From assembly GCA_043742705.1 (NCBI GenBank), contig JAYTXY010000024.1:1-49137 (forward strand): 49,137 bases of DNA, in the 5' to 3' direction. The notes beneath the pieces were generated by a model. It ran no database searches. It saw only the letters and a list, made by a program, of their open reading frames with translations, and was not told the DNA's origin. This DNA comes from Bacteroidota bacterium (GTDB lineage: Bacteria > Bacteroidota > Bacteroidia > AKYH767-A > 2013-40CM-41-45). The translations under genes and the position numbers were made by a program. Position 1 is the first letter of the stretch, and every line of letters starts with the position of its first letter. Shown in pieces: positions 1 through 8,175 of this stretch.

Positions 1-1196
1 TCATATGCAAAACGCTTGTCTGAGTGAATAACGGTTTTGCCAACCCATTGATTGATGACGATAGCGTGCTCGTTCATTTCGAAAATGGCAGAGAAACAAA
101 GCTTGTCTTCATTCGGGCGAAGCGAGCAAACACCGTTCGATAATTTTTCCGGCAACATCGGAATCACGCGATCAACAAGGTAAACGGAGGTTGCTCGCTC
201 GTACGCTTCTTTATCGAGTGGTGTGCCGGGTTTTACATAATGAGAAACATCTGCAATGTGAACACCGATTTCCCAATTTCCGTTTTCCAGTTTCCGGATT
301 GAAAGCGCATCATCAAAATCTTTTGCATCTGCCGGATCAATGGTAAACGTGGTGACGTTCCGCACATCTCTGCGTTTTTTTATTTCAGCGGCATCCGGTT
401 CCATTGGAATTTTGTCTGCTTCATTTTCAACAGCCTTCGGGAACTCAAGCGGGAAACCAAACTCGGAAAGAATGGAATTCATTTCCGTATCGTTGTCGCC
501 GGGCCAGCCAAGCAACCGCGTAATTTTACCGATTGGATTTTTTGTTCCCTTCGGCCAGTCTGAAATTTCTGCGATTACTTTTTGTCCGTGCTGTGCAGCA
601 CCAACAAGATGCTGTGGAATAAAAATGTCCACCAACATCTTGTTGCTGTCGGGAACCACAAAAGCAAATTTTCCGGAAACCTGGATGGTGCCGGCAAATT
701 CGGTTTTGGCACGCTGCAGTATTTCTACAACCTCGCCTTCGAGCCGTTTATTTTGATGACGCGCATAGAGATAAATTTTTACTCGATCACCATTGAGCGC
801 ATTCTTCACATTGCGCGGAGCAATGAAAATATCGTCTTCATCATCTTCGCTTAGAAGGTAGGCGGCACCACCCGATGTAATGTCGATGACACCTTCCATG
901 TACGCATGTTTCGGCTTTAACTTGTAGCTGCCACGATCTGCTTCAATCAGATCACCTTTGTCAACAAGTTGGGGCAGAATAAAAAGAAGCTCCTTCTTCA
1001 GATCTGCACTTATGCCATCCATCGTTATTTCGGGATCGACAAATTCGCGAACAAAAGAAACGTAGGCTTGTTTAAGCTGCTTCGTAAGTTGTTTGTAGTT
1101 GAGTGTTTTGTTCGGATGCTTGTTGAATATTTTAGAGACCTCGCCAAGCAGGAATTGCTCAACGGGACGATTATCCGGTTTTGATTTTTTACCCAT
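1..1196 (-). CDS. rnr: Ribonuclease R, N-terminal ~398 codons; the 3' end runs off the left edge of the window
   Basis: Absent from the ORF track because no stop codon lies in the window. My minus-strand translation from the ATG (complement of 1194-1196) reads MGKKSKPDNRPVEQFLLGEVSKIFNKHPNKTLNYKQL... Codons were checked by hand over 841-1196 and I saw no stop in the rest down to position 1. It passes through RRDVRNVTTFTIDPADAKDFDDALS, VHIADVSHYV and ATSVYLVDRVIPMLPEKLSNGVCSLRP, which are RNB-domain signatures. Confidence 0.85.
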   Translation of the reverse strand, partial: MGKKSKPDNRPVEQFLLGEVSKIFNKHPNKTLNYKQLTKQLKQAYVSFVREFVDPEITMDGISADLKKELLFILPQLVDKGDLIEADRGSYKLKPKHAYMEGVIDITSGGAAYLLSEDDEDDIFIAPRNVKNALNGDRVKIYLYARHQNKRLEGEVVEILQRAKTEFAGTIQVSGKFAFVVPDSNKMLVDIFIPQHLVGAAQHGQKVIAEISDWPKGTKNPIGKITRLLGWPGDNDTEMNSILSEFGFPLEFPKAVENEADKIPMEPDAAEIKKRRDVRNVTTFTIDPADAKDFDDALSIRKLENGNWEIGVHIADVSHYVKPGTPLDKEAYERATSVYLVDRVIPMLPEKLSNGVCSLRPNEDKLCFSAIFEMNEHAIVINQWVGKTVIHSDKRFAY

Positions 1197-1395
1197 GTGG
1201 GAATAGTTGTTAGAAATATAAAAGTAGATTCTGTTGTGTAAGATATTACGCCATGCATAAAAATGTTATGAATAAAATACGGGCTTGAAATTGTGAAAAA
1301 CCCGTTTCAAAACTTTTAACGGACTCGCGCCTGTCGGAAACCGTTTTGGTTACCTTTGATCCTTGTTCTAATTTACACACTTTAAAATAAAAACC

Positions 1396-2295
1396 ATGGA
1401 AGCACAGAATCAAAATCCGAAAAAGGGACGGGGAATCCTCTGGATAATTTTATTGATCCTTTCGTTGATCGTCAACATCGTTCAATGGAGAAATCACACG
1501 ACAGAAATAACGGCTTACGAACAGAAAGTTGATACGCTTTATGTTGAACGCACAAACTTTGAGAAGGAGCTGATAGACACCCGCACCGAACTGAATAAGT
1601 ATCAGGGAATATCCGCAAACCTGGATAGCCTTCTCAGAGAGGCGAATGCAAAAGTGGATGAAGAAGAAAAGAAGCTTCGCACACTTACGCGGAAAGAAAA
1701 AAATTCAGAAGATCTTAATAAAAAGATGAAGCAACAATTGGCAGATCTGCAAATGTTGCGTGATGATTACCTGGGAAGAATTGATTCGTTGCTGATGTTG
1801 ACGAAACAACTTCAAACAGACAAAGAGCAGCTCACCGGCACCGTTGAACACCTTTCAAAAAACCTCGAGACAACCGTTAGCACAGCATCCGTGTTGAAAT
1901 CGGAATACCTGAAAGTAAAATCATACAAGCGCAAAAGCAGCGGCAAGTTTGTTGAAACAGCGATGGCTAAGCGAACACATAAATTGGAAGTGTGTTTTGA
2001 TGTGTTGGATAATAAGATTGCGAAAACCGGAGATAAGAATGTGTATCTTAAAATAACAGAGCCGGGCGGAAAGCCGATTGGTAACAAGGGTACAGGGTCA
2101 GCATCCTTTAAAACAGCAAGTGGCGAAGAGGTGATGTATGCCGCGACCACAACCATTAACTATACTGGTGCAAAGCAAAATGTCTGTTTGAATTACGAAG
2201 AGAAAGAAGACAAAATGTTTCCTCCGGGAACCTACCTCGTTGAAATTTACATTGACGGTAATCTGAGCGGAGCAAGTTCGTATGTGATGAAGTAA
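1396..2295 (+). CDS. Hypothetical membrane-anchored coiled-coil protein with a C-terminal beta-rich domain
   Basis: 299-aa ORF with an ATG start. It has an N-terminal hydrophobic helix (GILWIILLILSLIVNIVQW), a long charged heptad-like region (EKELIDTRTELNKY...LRTLTRKEKNSEDLNKKMKQQLADLQ) and a C-terminal ~130 aa rich in beta-type residues. I recognise no enzymatic motif. Confidence 0.6.
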   Translation: MEAQNQNPKKGRGILWIILLILSLIVNIVQWRNHTTEITAYEQKVDTLYVERTNFEKELIDTRTELNKYQGISANLDSLLREANAKVDEEEKKLRTLTRKEKNSEDLNKKMKQQLADLQMLRDDYLGRIDSLLMLTKQLQTDKEQLTGTVEHLSKNLETTVSTASVLKSEYLKVKSYKRKSSGKFVETAMAKRTHKLEVCFDVLDNKIAKTGDKNVYLKITEPGGKPIGNKGTGSASFKTASGEEVMYAATTTINYTGAKQNVCLNYEEKEDKMFPPGTYLVEIYIDGNLSGASSYVMK

Positions 2296-2311
2296 AAGAA
2301 AGTTTTTTTTG

Positions 2312-2350
2312 AAAGCCCTTCTTGTAATCAGATTGCAGGAAGGGTTTTTC
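2312..2350. terminator. Bidirectional intrinsic terminator between convergent genes
   Basis: Stem 2316-2324 (CCCTTCTTG) pairs with 2336-2344 (CAGGAAGGG), including one G-U pair. An A-run lies upstream and TTTTT downstream. It sits between the stops at 2295 (+) and 2354 (-). Confidence 0.6.
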
Positions 2351-2353
2351 TTT

Positions 2354-2665
2354 TTACAAATATGGAGTGAGGGTTCTTGTCAGCAAAGAAGCGGTGTCAA
2401 ACCCCCGCATACGCCAAACCTCATTCCCGTTTTTAAAAAGCATTAACGTGGGTACGCTCAGCACATGATATTCACGGGCAATGTCGGGTTGTTCATCAAT
2501 GTCGATTTTGTGAAGGAGAATTTTTCCTGAAAATGTTTTGATGACTTCGTCAAGAATCGGCACCACCCATTTACACGGCTCGCACCAGGTTGCATAAAAA
2601 TCAATCAACACAACATCGTGTGTCGAAATAATTTCCTGAAAAGCTTTTTGTTTTGTGGAATTCAA
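2354..2665 (-). CDS. Thioredoxin
   Basis: 103 aa. The active site is FYATWCEPCK (a WCxPC motif) and the size and layout are typical of thioredoxins. Confidence 0.85.
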   Translation of the reverse strand: MNSTKQKAFQEIISTHDVVLIDFYATWCEPCKWVVPILDEVIKTFSGKILLHKIDIDEQPDIAREYHVLSVPTLMLFKNGNEVWRMRGFDTASLLTRTLTPYL

Positions 2666-2689
2666 CTTCAGATAACCGGGACTAAAAAA

Positions 2690-4087
2690 TTATTCAGAAA
2701 TTAAATTATGTGGAACACCAAGTTCAACGGGCACATTGGTTTTTTTGATTTCATTCCAACCACCAAGAACATTTACTATGTTATTAAATCCATTCGCTTT
2801 TAAAATACTTGAAGCGATGACGGATCGATATCCGCCTGCGCAATGAATATACAACGGCTCTTCTTTATCTAAGGAGCTTATATTATTAGGTAAATCGGTT
2901 AATGGAATAACCACGGAGTCCTTCAGGTGACCGTTTTCCGCCTCGGAAATTTTTCTCACATCCAGGACAGATACTCCGTCCGCAACCCGCTGTGCAAAAT
3001 CAGCAGCATCAACAGACTCAATGGTGTCAACTGATTTTCCGGCATTTTTCCAGGCATTGAAGCCACCTTCAAGGAAGCCGCCTACCTTTTCATAACCAAC
3101 ACGCGCAAGACGCAGGATCGACTCTTCTTCCTTTCCCGGATCACAAACAATAACGAGATTCCTGTTGATGTCAATCAGCGTTCCCACCCAAATTGCATAC
3201 ATGCCATCAAGACCAATGTGAAGAGCCCCTTTTACAAAACCCTTTTCAAACTGATGGTTAACTCTCGTGTCGAGAACAAGCGCTCCGTTTTGAATTTCTT
3301 TTTCAAACGCATCAACACTCAATGACTTTACATTCTTTTTTAATACATCATCAATGGCATCATATCCTTGTTTGTTCAGCCTCGCATCACTGAAAAAATA
3401 TGCAGGAGGAGGAAGCAATCCTTCTGTCAGCTCGGCAATGAAAGAATCTTTGTTGGTTGACAGCAATGCGTAATTCGTTTTCTTCTGATGACCAATTGTG
3501 CTCCAGGTTTCTTTCCCCATGCTTTTTCCGCAAGCAGATCCGGGACCGTGGGCAGGATAAACAATCACCTCATCGGGAAGAGCTTTTATTTTTGTGTTCA
3601 GCGAATCGTACATCATCCCCGCCAGCTCTTCTTTGCTCATCTTTCCATCCAGTAAATCGGGTCTGCCAACATCACCAACGAATAATGTATCACCGGTGAA
3701 AATGCAATATTCCTGGTAGCTCTCATCTAACAATAAGTAACACGTTGACTCTGGCGTATGACCGGGAGTATGAAGTGCGCGAATGGTAATGTTACCAATC
3801 TTAAACTCTTCTCCGTCTTTTGCATTGAGAACTTTGTAATTTGTTTCTGCGAGTGGTCCGAAAATAATTGTCGCTCCCGTTTCATTTGCCAGATCAATGT
3901 GACCGGAAACAAAGTCAGCATGAAAATGTGTTTCGAAAACATATTTGATTTTTGCACCCCGCTGTTTCGCCAATTCAACATACGGTTCTGTTTCGCGAAT
4001 CGGATCAACGATGGCAGCTTCGCCATTTGATTCAATGTAATAAGCCGCTTCGGCAAGACAGTTTGTATAAAGCTGTTGAACGTACAT
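2690..4087 (-). CDS. MBL-fold hydrolase fused to two rhodanese domains (persulfide dioxygenase / sulfurtransferase-like, CstB/Blh-type architecture)
   Basis: Metallo-beta-lactamase motifs ETHFHADFVSGH, HTPGHTPES and GDTLFVGDVGRPDL are present. The C-terminal rhodanese active loop is HCAGGYRS. I start the gene at the internal ATG (complement of 4085-4087, MYVQQLYTNCLAEAAYY). The track's longer start at 4168 would overlap the upstream TauE gene by 37 nt. Confidence 0.8.
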   Translation of the reverse strand: MYVQQLYTNCLAEAAYYIESNGEAAIVDPIRETEPYVELAKQRGAKIKYVFETHFHADFVSGHIDLANETGATIIFGPLAETNYKVLNAKDGEEFKIGNITIRALHTPGHTPESTCYLLLDESYQEYCIFTGDTLFVGDVGRPDLLDGKMSKEELAGMMYDSLNTKIKALPDEVIVYPAHGPGSACGKSMGKETWSTIGHQKKTNYALLSTNKDSFIAELTEGLLPPPAYFFSDARLNKQGYDAIDDVLKKNVKSLSVDAFEKEIQNGALVLDTRVNHQFEKGFVKGALHIGLDGMYAIWVGTLIDINRNLVIVCDPGKEEESILRLARVGYEKVGGFLEGGFNAWKNAGKSVDTIESVDAADFAQRVADGVSVLDVRKISEAENGHLKDSVVIPLTDLPNNISSLDKEEPLYIHCAGGYRSVIASSILKANGFNNIVNVLGGWNEIKKTNVPVELGVPHNLISE

Positions 4088-4131
4088 GTGATACTTGATT
4101 TGACGACAAAGGTAAGAATTTGTACTTGGTG

Positions 4132-4932
4132 CTATTGAAAAAGCAATTCGCGCATTACGATATAACATCCCATTATCAATACAAACCAGCCAAACATCGG
4201 CTTCAATCGTGCTGCAGGAATGTGGCGGGCGATATTACTGCCCAGGAAAATTCCGGCCACGGAGAACGCGCAAAACTTAAAAAGGAAAATCCAATCGATG
4301 ATTGCCTGGTTGTGAAGATCACCGATAAAGCCAACAAATGCATTGGTCGCAATGATAAGCAGCGAAGTTCCGACAGCCATTTTGATCGGCACGCGTGCAA
4401 ACAAAACAAGAGATGGTATGATAAGAAATCCTCCGCCAACACTAACAAGCCCGGTCATTGCGCCAACAACAAATCCCAACACAAGAATCATCGGGTAGTT
4501 GAACGGACGCAACTCTGTAGCATCTGCACTACTGTATTTATTATTTCTGATCATTGAATAGGCGGCAGAGATCATCAGGATTGCAAACAATAACATGATG
4601 AAGACATCTTTCGTCAGTACAAAATTTTCTGACCGAAAAATAACAGATGGAATCAATGATAAAATAAATCGCCTGACAATGTAAACAGACACGAACGAAG
4701 GAAGTGCAAAAGCAACAGCGGTTTTATAATCCACCAGTTCTTTTCTCATGTAACTGATCGAGCCCGTCAAACTTGTTAATCCCACAATGAAAAGAGAGTA
4801 GCCGGTTGCAACCATCGGGTTGAAGTGCATGAGGTACACCAAAACAGGAACCGTCAGAATGGAACCTCCGCTGCCCAGAACCCCGAGCGTTAATCCAATG
4901 ATGACAGAACAGATGTATCCTAAAATGTCCAT
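4132..4932 (-). CDS. TauE/SafE-family sulfite/anion exporter (DUF81 membrane protein)
   Basis: 266 aa, strongly hydrophobic, with about 8 predicted helices and glycine-rich helix starts (GVLGSGGSILTVPVLVY, GLVSVGGGFLIIPSLVLF) typical of this family. It is co-directional with and tightly spaced to the MBL-rhodanese gene. Confidence 0.75.
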   Translation of the reverse strand: MDILGYICSVIIGLTLGVLGSGGSILTVPVLVYLMHFNPMVATGYSLFIVGLTSLTGSISYMRKELVDYKTAVAFALPSFVSVYIVRRFILSLIPSVIFRSENFVLTKDVFIMLLFAILMISAAYSMIRNNKYSSADATELRPFNYPMILVLGFVVGAMTGLVSVGGGFLIIPSLVLFARVPIKMAVGTSLLIIATNAFVGFIGDLHNQAIIDWIFLFKFCAFSVAGIFLGSNIARHIPAARLKPMFGWFVLIMGCYIVMRELLFQ

Positions 4933-4978
4933 ATACGTGCTGTCGAAAAGTTGGAGAGTAGCATTTTTTTAAGGGCAG

Positions 4979-4986
4979 CAAATATA
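4979..4986 (-). promoter_or_regulatory. Candidate Bacteroidota -7 promoter box for the TauE operon
   Basis: The minus strand reads TATATTTG, an exact TAnnTTTG match, about 47 nt upstream of the TauE ATG at 4932. No convincing -33 TTTG element was seen. Confidence 0.3.
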
Positions 4987-5025
4987 CGGTCTTGTTACTG
5001 AACTGTTTTAAAATCTGAAAAGGGT

Positions 5026-6270
5026 TTATTTCAATTCATCTAATGCTTTTGCTGCATTGGATTTGTATTCGCTGTTTCCCGCAGATAAATCCTGCAATAA
5101 TTTTTTGGCTTTTGAAATTTTATTTTCCTTAATATAAGCAAGTGACAAATACCATTTGGCGGCATCAGAAAATTTATTGGGCGTATTTTTTAAAACAAAT
5201 TCAAGTTCCTTGATGGCGATGCCATATTCATTGAGACTTAAATGAGAAACCCCGCTATAAAAAAGCGCTTCGTTATTCTGTGGCTCTTTCGTCAGTACTT
5301 CTTTAAAAACAGATGTTGCTGTCGGATAATTTTTTTCATCATAATATTTAATCCCAGATTTTATTAAACTGTCGGTGGGTGATTCGGAATTTTTAGAAGA
5401 CACTGTTGTTGAGAAAGCGGTCGCATTCAACTGTTTTTTTTCATCGCCCCGCGTGCGTTTGGAATCGATACTTTTAAAAGACCCTTCTCTTTGTGCTTCC
5501 GGAGCAGGAGTATTCGTTGAAACGCTATTGTCCGCTTTTGATTCATCGCGTTCTGATTTTTTATTCACTGCATCAAGATCCCGGGACGCTGATCCGGTGG
5601 CGACCGTTTCTTTTGATTCGTCATCTTTATCTTTTGCTGCCACAGAATTTTTTTTCTCCGCAAGCGTAAGATCCGATTGTGTTGGTGATGCGGCTGAACC
5701 GGAAATATTTTTTGTTACCGTAACCATTTGGTCGTTCACCGGAGTTTGTGATGGAGCCCCATTCTTTTCTTTTCCAGAAAACACTTGCTCCAATTGCCTT
5801 GCCGGGGCAACGACATTTTCTTCATCGTTTCTTTTCTCATTTGTTTCAACCGGAGCAACGGATGGTGCCGCAGGAGTCGTTGCAACGGTGTCACGATATG
5901 GTTTAAAGTTCTCGGTGAAAATCATTTCAGATTTTCGGATTGTGCGCAGGTAATAAATTCCTCCGCCAAACAGGGCAAACAATAAAAGCACAGCTGCAAT
6001 CCTGTAAAGAACAAATGAATTGGTAGTCTTTCCTCCTGAGCGAATTCTATTTTCTATTTGCTGATCGAGTCCGCGAAGAGCCTCTTTCGTCTGTTGCGGA
6101 GCGCGTGTTGACAACCCCTCAAAAGCATCGTGGCAGAAATCACATTCGAGCAAATGCTTTTCAACACGATGCTGATCCGAAGGATTTAGTTTTCCTTCAA
6201 GATACGCCAGCATCATTTCTTCCGAAATGCATCCTCCGTGATCCATTATGTTGTCGAACTTATTTGACAT
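5026..6270 (-). CDS. Membrane-spanning zinc-finger (zf-HC2) anti-sigma factor with a low-complexity linker and C-terminal TPR repeats
   Basis: The N-terminal HLLECDFCHDAF carries an H-x3-C-x2-C motif (H39, C43, C46; nt 6133-6156). A single TM helix follows (FVLYRIAAVLLLFALFGGGIYYL). A long S/T/D/E/K-rich region comes next, then a TPR-like C-terminus (YYDEKNYPTATSVFKEVL...ALFYSGVSHLSLNEYGIAIKELEFVL). It overlaps the sigma gene by 11 nt. Confidence 0.75.
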   Translation of the reverse strand: MSNKFDNIMDHGGCISEEMMLAYLEGKLNPSDQHRVEKHLLECDFCHDAFEGLSTRAPQQTKEALRGLDQQIENRIRSGGKTTNSFVLYRIAAVLLLFALFGGGIYYLRTIRKSEMIFTENFKPYRDTVATTPAAPSVAPVETNEKRNDEENVVAPARQLEQVFSGKEKNGAPSQTPVNDQMVTVTKNISGSAASPTQSDLTLAEKKNSVAAKDKDDESKETVATGSASRDLDAVNKKSERDESKADNSVSTNTPAPEAQREGSFKSIDSKRTRGDEKKQLNATAFSTTVSSKNSESPTDSLIKSGIKYYDEKNYPTATSVFKEVLTKEPQNNEALFYSGVSHLSLNEYGIAIKELEFVLKNTPNKFSDAAKWYLSLAYIKENKISKAKKLLQDLSAGNSEYKSNAAKALDELK

Positions 6271-6919
6271 TTTTTTTCTCCATCAATATTTTCAGGTTCC
6301 GTTTTCCGTTCTGAATAAAACTTTTCACCTGTAACATTCCGTAGCCCGTTAATTCCGAAACCTGTTGATATGATTTTTCCTCAAGATAAAACAATTCGAT
6401 ACACCTTCTTTGTTCTGTGTTTAATAAAGGAAGCGCCTTTTCAAGTTCTTGCAGTGCGGCTTCTTTTTCGTGGCTGTGATCTGGATGCAGGAGAGAATTC
6501 ATTTCCACAACCTCGAGTGAACTTTCGTGCTCGTCAAACGATTCGTGGTATTTCGATTTGTTTTTTCGAATCAGCATCAGGCAATGATTCTTCGAAACGG
6601 AGTGGAGCCACGATTTAAAATATTCAATGCTGTGCCTCTTTAAATCCGTCAACAGTTTCTCGAAAATCTGCATCACGGCATCTTTGCTGTCATCCTCGTC
6701 TCGCAGATATTTCAGACAAACTCCATAGACAAGGTGTTTGTAACGCTTGAATAAAATGCCAACAACAGATGCATCATTCGCTTCTTTGTAAAGAGCAATG
6801 AGTTGAGTGTCGTTGAGCAGATCTTTATCAGAATGAACTTTCAAGAGAGAATCGGTAGCTACAAGATTGTAATTGTTTTTGAAAGACCGAATGTGTTGTA
6901 AAAAGAATAGCCTTCTCAA
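6260..6919 (-). CDS. ECF (sigma-70 family group IV) RNA polymerase sigma factor
   Basis: Region 2 (LFKRYKHLVYGVCLKYLRDEDDSKDAVMQIFEKL) and region 4 HTH (LNTEQRRCIELFYLEEKSYQQVSELTGYGMLQVKSFIQNGKRNL) are recognisable. The track start at 6919 is a TTG inside a terminator-like hairpin. An in-frame TTG at 6844 (giving MKVHSDKDLLNDTQLIALY) may be the true start. Confidence 0.8.
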   Translation of the reverse strand: MRRLFFLQHIRSFKNNYNLVATDSLLKVHSDKDLLNDTQLIALYKEANDASVVGILFKRYKHLVYGVCLKYLRDEDDSKDAVMQIFEKLLTDLKRHSIEYFKSWLHSVSKNHCLMLIRKNKSKYHESFDEHESSLEVVEMNSLLHPDHSHEKEAALQELEKALPLLNTEQRRCIELFYLEEKSYQQVSELTGYGMLQVKSFIQNGKRNLKILMEKKNVK

Positions 6920-6932
6920 AAAGAAAAGGCTA
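6899..6932 (-). terminator. Candidate intrinsic terminator downstream of the PfkB kinase gene
   Basis: A 7-bp stem pairs TAGCCTT (6908-6914) with AAGGCTA (6926-6932). On the minus strand it is followed by TTCTTTTTA. It overlaps the longest version of the sigma ORF. Confidence 0.4.
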
Positions 6933-6957
6933 CCAGTATTTTTAGACGTAATTGAAT

Positions 6958-7881
6958 TTATACAAGTGCAATATCAAATTGAACAAGATCAATAAACTGT
7001 TGCAGGCGTTCATCTATTTCTTCCTGCGTTAAACCAACCAACCTTTCAAGACCAAATTTCTCAACACAGAATGAAGCCATGGCAGATCCATAAATGATTC
7101 CGCGTTTCATGTTTTCAAAGGAGATGTCGCGTGTTTGTGCAATGTGTCCGATGAAGCCACCGGCAAACGTATCGCCGGCTCCCGTCGGATCAAAAACATC
7201 TTCAAGAGGTAATGCGGGAGCAAAGAAGACTTGTTCTTTATTAAATAAAAGAGCACCGTGTTCACCCTTTTTAATGATCAGGTATTTCGGACCCATGTTC
7301 AGAATTTTCTGAGCAGCTTTTACCAATGAATATTCATTTGTAAGCTGACGGGCTTCAGAATCATTCACCGTCAACACATCAACAAGACCAATCACATCTA
7401 TTAAAGCATCCCACTGAGTCTCCATCCAAAAGTTCATGGTGTCCATCACCACCAACTTCGGGCGCTTATGTAAACGCTCAAGAACTTTTTTCTGCAACAC
7501 GGGCATGAGATTGCTCAGCATCAGAAACTCACAATCCTGGTACGAATCAGGAATAACAGGATCAAAGTCAAGCAACACGTTAAGCTGGGTGTCAAGCGTG
7601 TCACGTGTATTCATATCAGTGTGGTAGCGCCCTGACCAGAAAAAAGTTTTTTGTCCTTTCTTCACTTGCAAACCCTCTGTCTTTAGTCCGTGTTTGTGAA
7701 ACTGATCGATCGCAGAAGTCGGAAAATCATCACCAACAACTGATACCAGCTTGATATCTTTAGTAAAAAAGGATGCTGCTGTTCCTGAATAGGTTGCTGC
7801 GCCACCAATGATTTTGTCTGTTTTGCCGAAAGGCGTCTCTATTGCATCAAATGCGACCGTACCAACTACAACTAAGCTCAT
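6958..7881 (-). CDS. PfkB-family carbohydrate/nucleoside kinase
   Basis: The PfkB signature DPTGAGDTFAGGF lies near the C-terminus, and the N-terminus has the sugar-binding layout VVVGTVAFDAIETPFG. I start at the ATG at 7881 (MSLVVVGTV). The track start at 7920 is a TTG. Confidence 0.8.
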   Translation of the reverse strand: MSLVVVGTVAFDAIETPFGKTDKIIGGAATYSGTAASFFTKDIKLVSVVGDDFPTSAIDQFHKHGLKTEGLQVKKGQKTFFWSGRYHTDMNTRDTLDTQLNVLLDFDPVIPDSYQDCEFLMLSNLMPVLQKKVLERLHKRPKLVVMDTMNFWMETQWDALIDVIGLVDVLTVNDSEARQLTNEYSLVKAAQKILNMGPKYLIIKKGEHGALLFNKEQVFFAPALPLEDVFDPTGAGDTFAGGFIGHIAQTRDISFENMKRGIIYGSAMASFCVEKFGLERLVGLTQEEIDERLQQFIDLVQFDIALV

Positions 7882-7936
7882 GTTTTGTCTTGTTAAATTT
7901 TTTGCGCGAAGATATTGCAACTTTCCGAACTATCAT

Positions 7937-7944
7937 TACTTTTG
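7937..7944 (+). promoter_or_regulatory. Candidate -7 promoter box upstream of tRNA-Asn
   Basis: TACTTTTG is an exact TAnnTTTG match, about 108 nt upstream of the tRNA 5' end. Confidence 0.3.
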
Positions 7945-8051
7945 TCGCCCCCTAAATACTCTGCATGTATGCTTTAGTCCCGATAATCATCGGGATGGCT
8001 TTTGCGAAGAGGATGGGTCTTCTCACTGATTCAATCAAAGAGAAGGAACAT

Positions 8052-8125
8052 TCCTCCTTAGCTCAGCTGGTTAGAGCATCTGACTGTTAATCAGAGGGTC
8101 CCTGGTTCGAGTCCAGGAGGGGGAG
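8052..8125 (+). tRNA. tRNA-Asn (anticodon GTT)
   Basis: I folded the cloverleaf by hand. Acceptor: TCCTCCT/AGGGGGA. D arm: GCTC-AGCTGGTTA-GAGC. Anticodon arm: TCTGA-CTGTTAA-TCAGA. T arm: CCTGG-TTCGAGT-CCAGG. Length 74 nt; CCA is not encoded. Confidence 0.95.
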
Positions 8126-8133
8126 CATTGAAA

Positions 8134-8158
8134 AACCGGACCAGCGTCCGGTTTTTTC
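8134..8158. terminator. Bidirectional intrinsic terminator (tRNA-Asn / SOD)
   Basis: AAAAACCGGAC-CAGC-GTCCGGTTTTTT. The stem is GC-rich, with an A-run before it and a T-run after it. It lies between the tRNA (+) and the SOD stop at 8176 (-). Confidence 0.65.
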
Positions 8159-8175
8159 TTTTTTATCCCATTGAG

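Noticed and set aside
4088-4168. The longer N-terminus of the MBL-rhodanese ORF (MLYRNARIAFSIAPSTNSYLCRQIKYH).
   Set aside because: It would overlap the 3' end of the TauE gene by 37 nt. It precedes a well-placed ATG that begins the conserved MBL fold.
5375-5953. A 192-aa plus-strand ORF antisense to the anti-sigma factor gene.
   Set aside because: It lies entirely within the low-complexity S/T/D/E/K-rich region of the anti-sigma gene. Open antisense frames are expected there. It has no start context or motifs.
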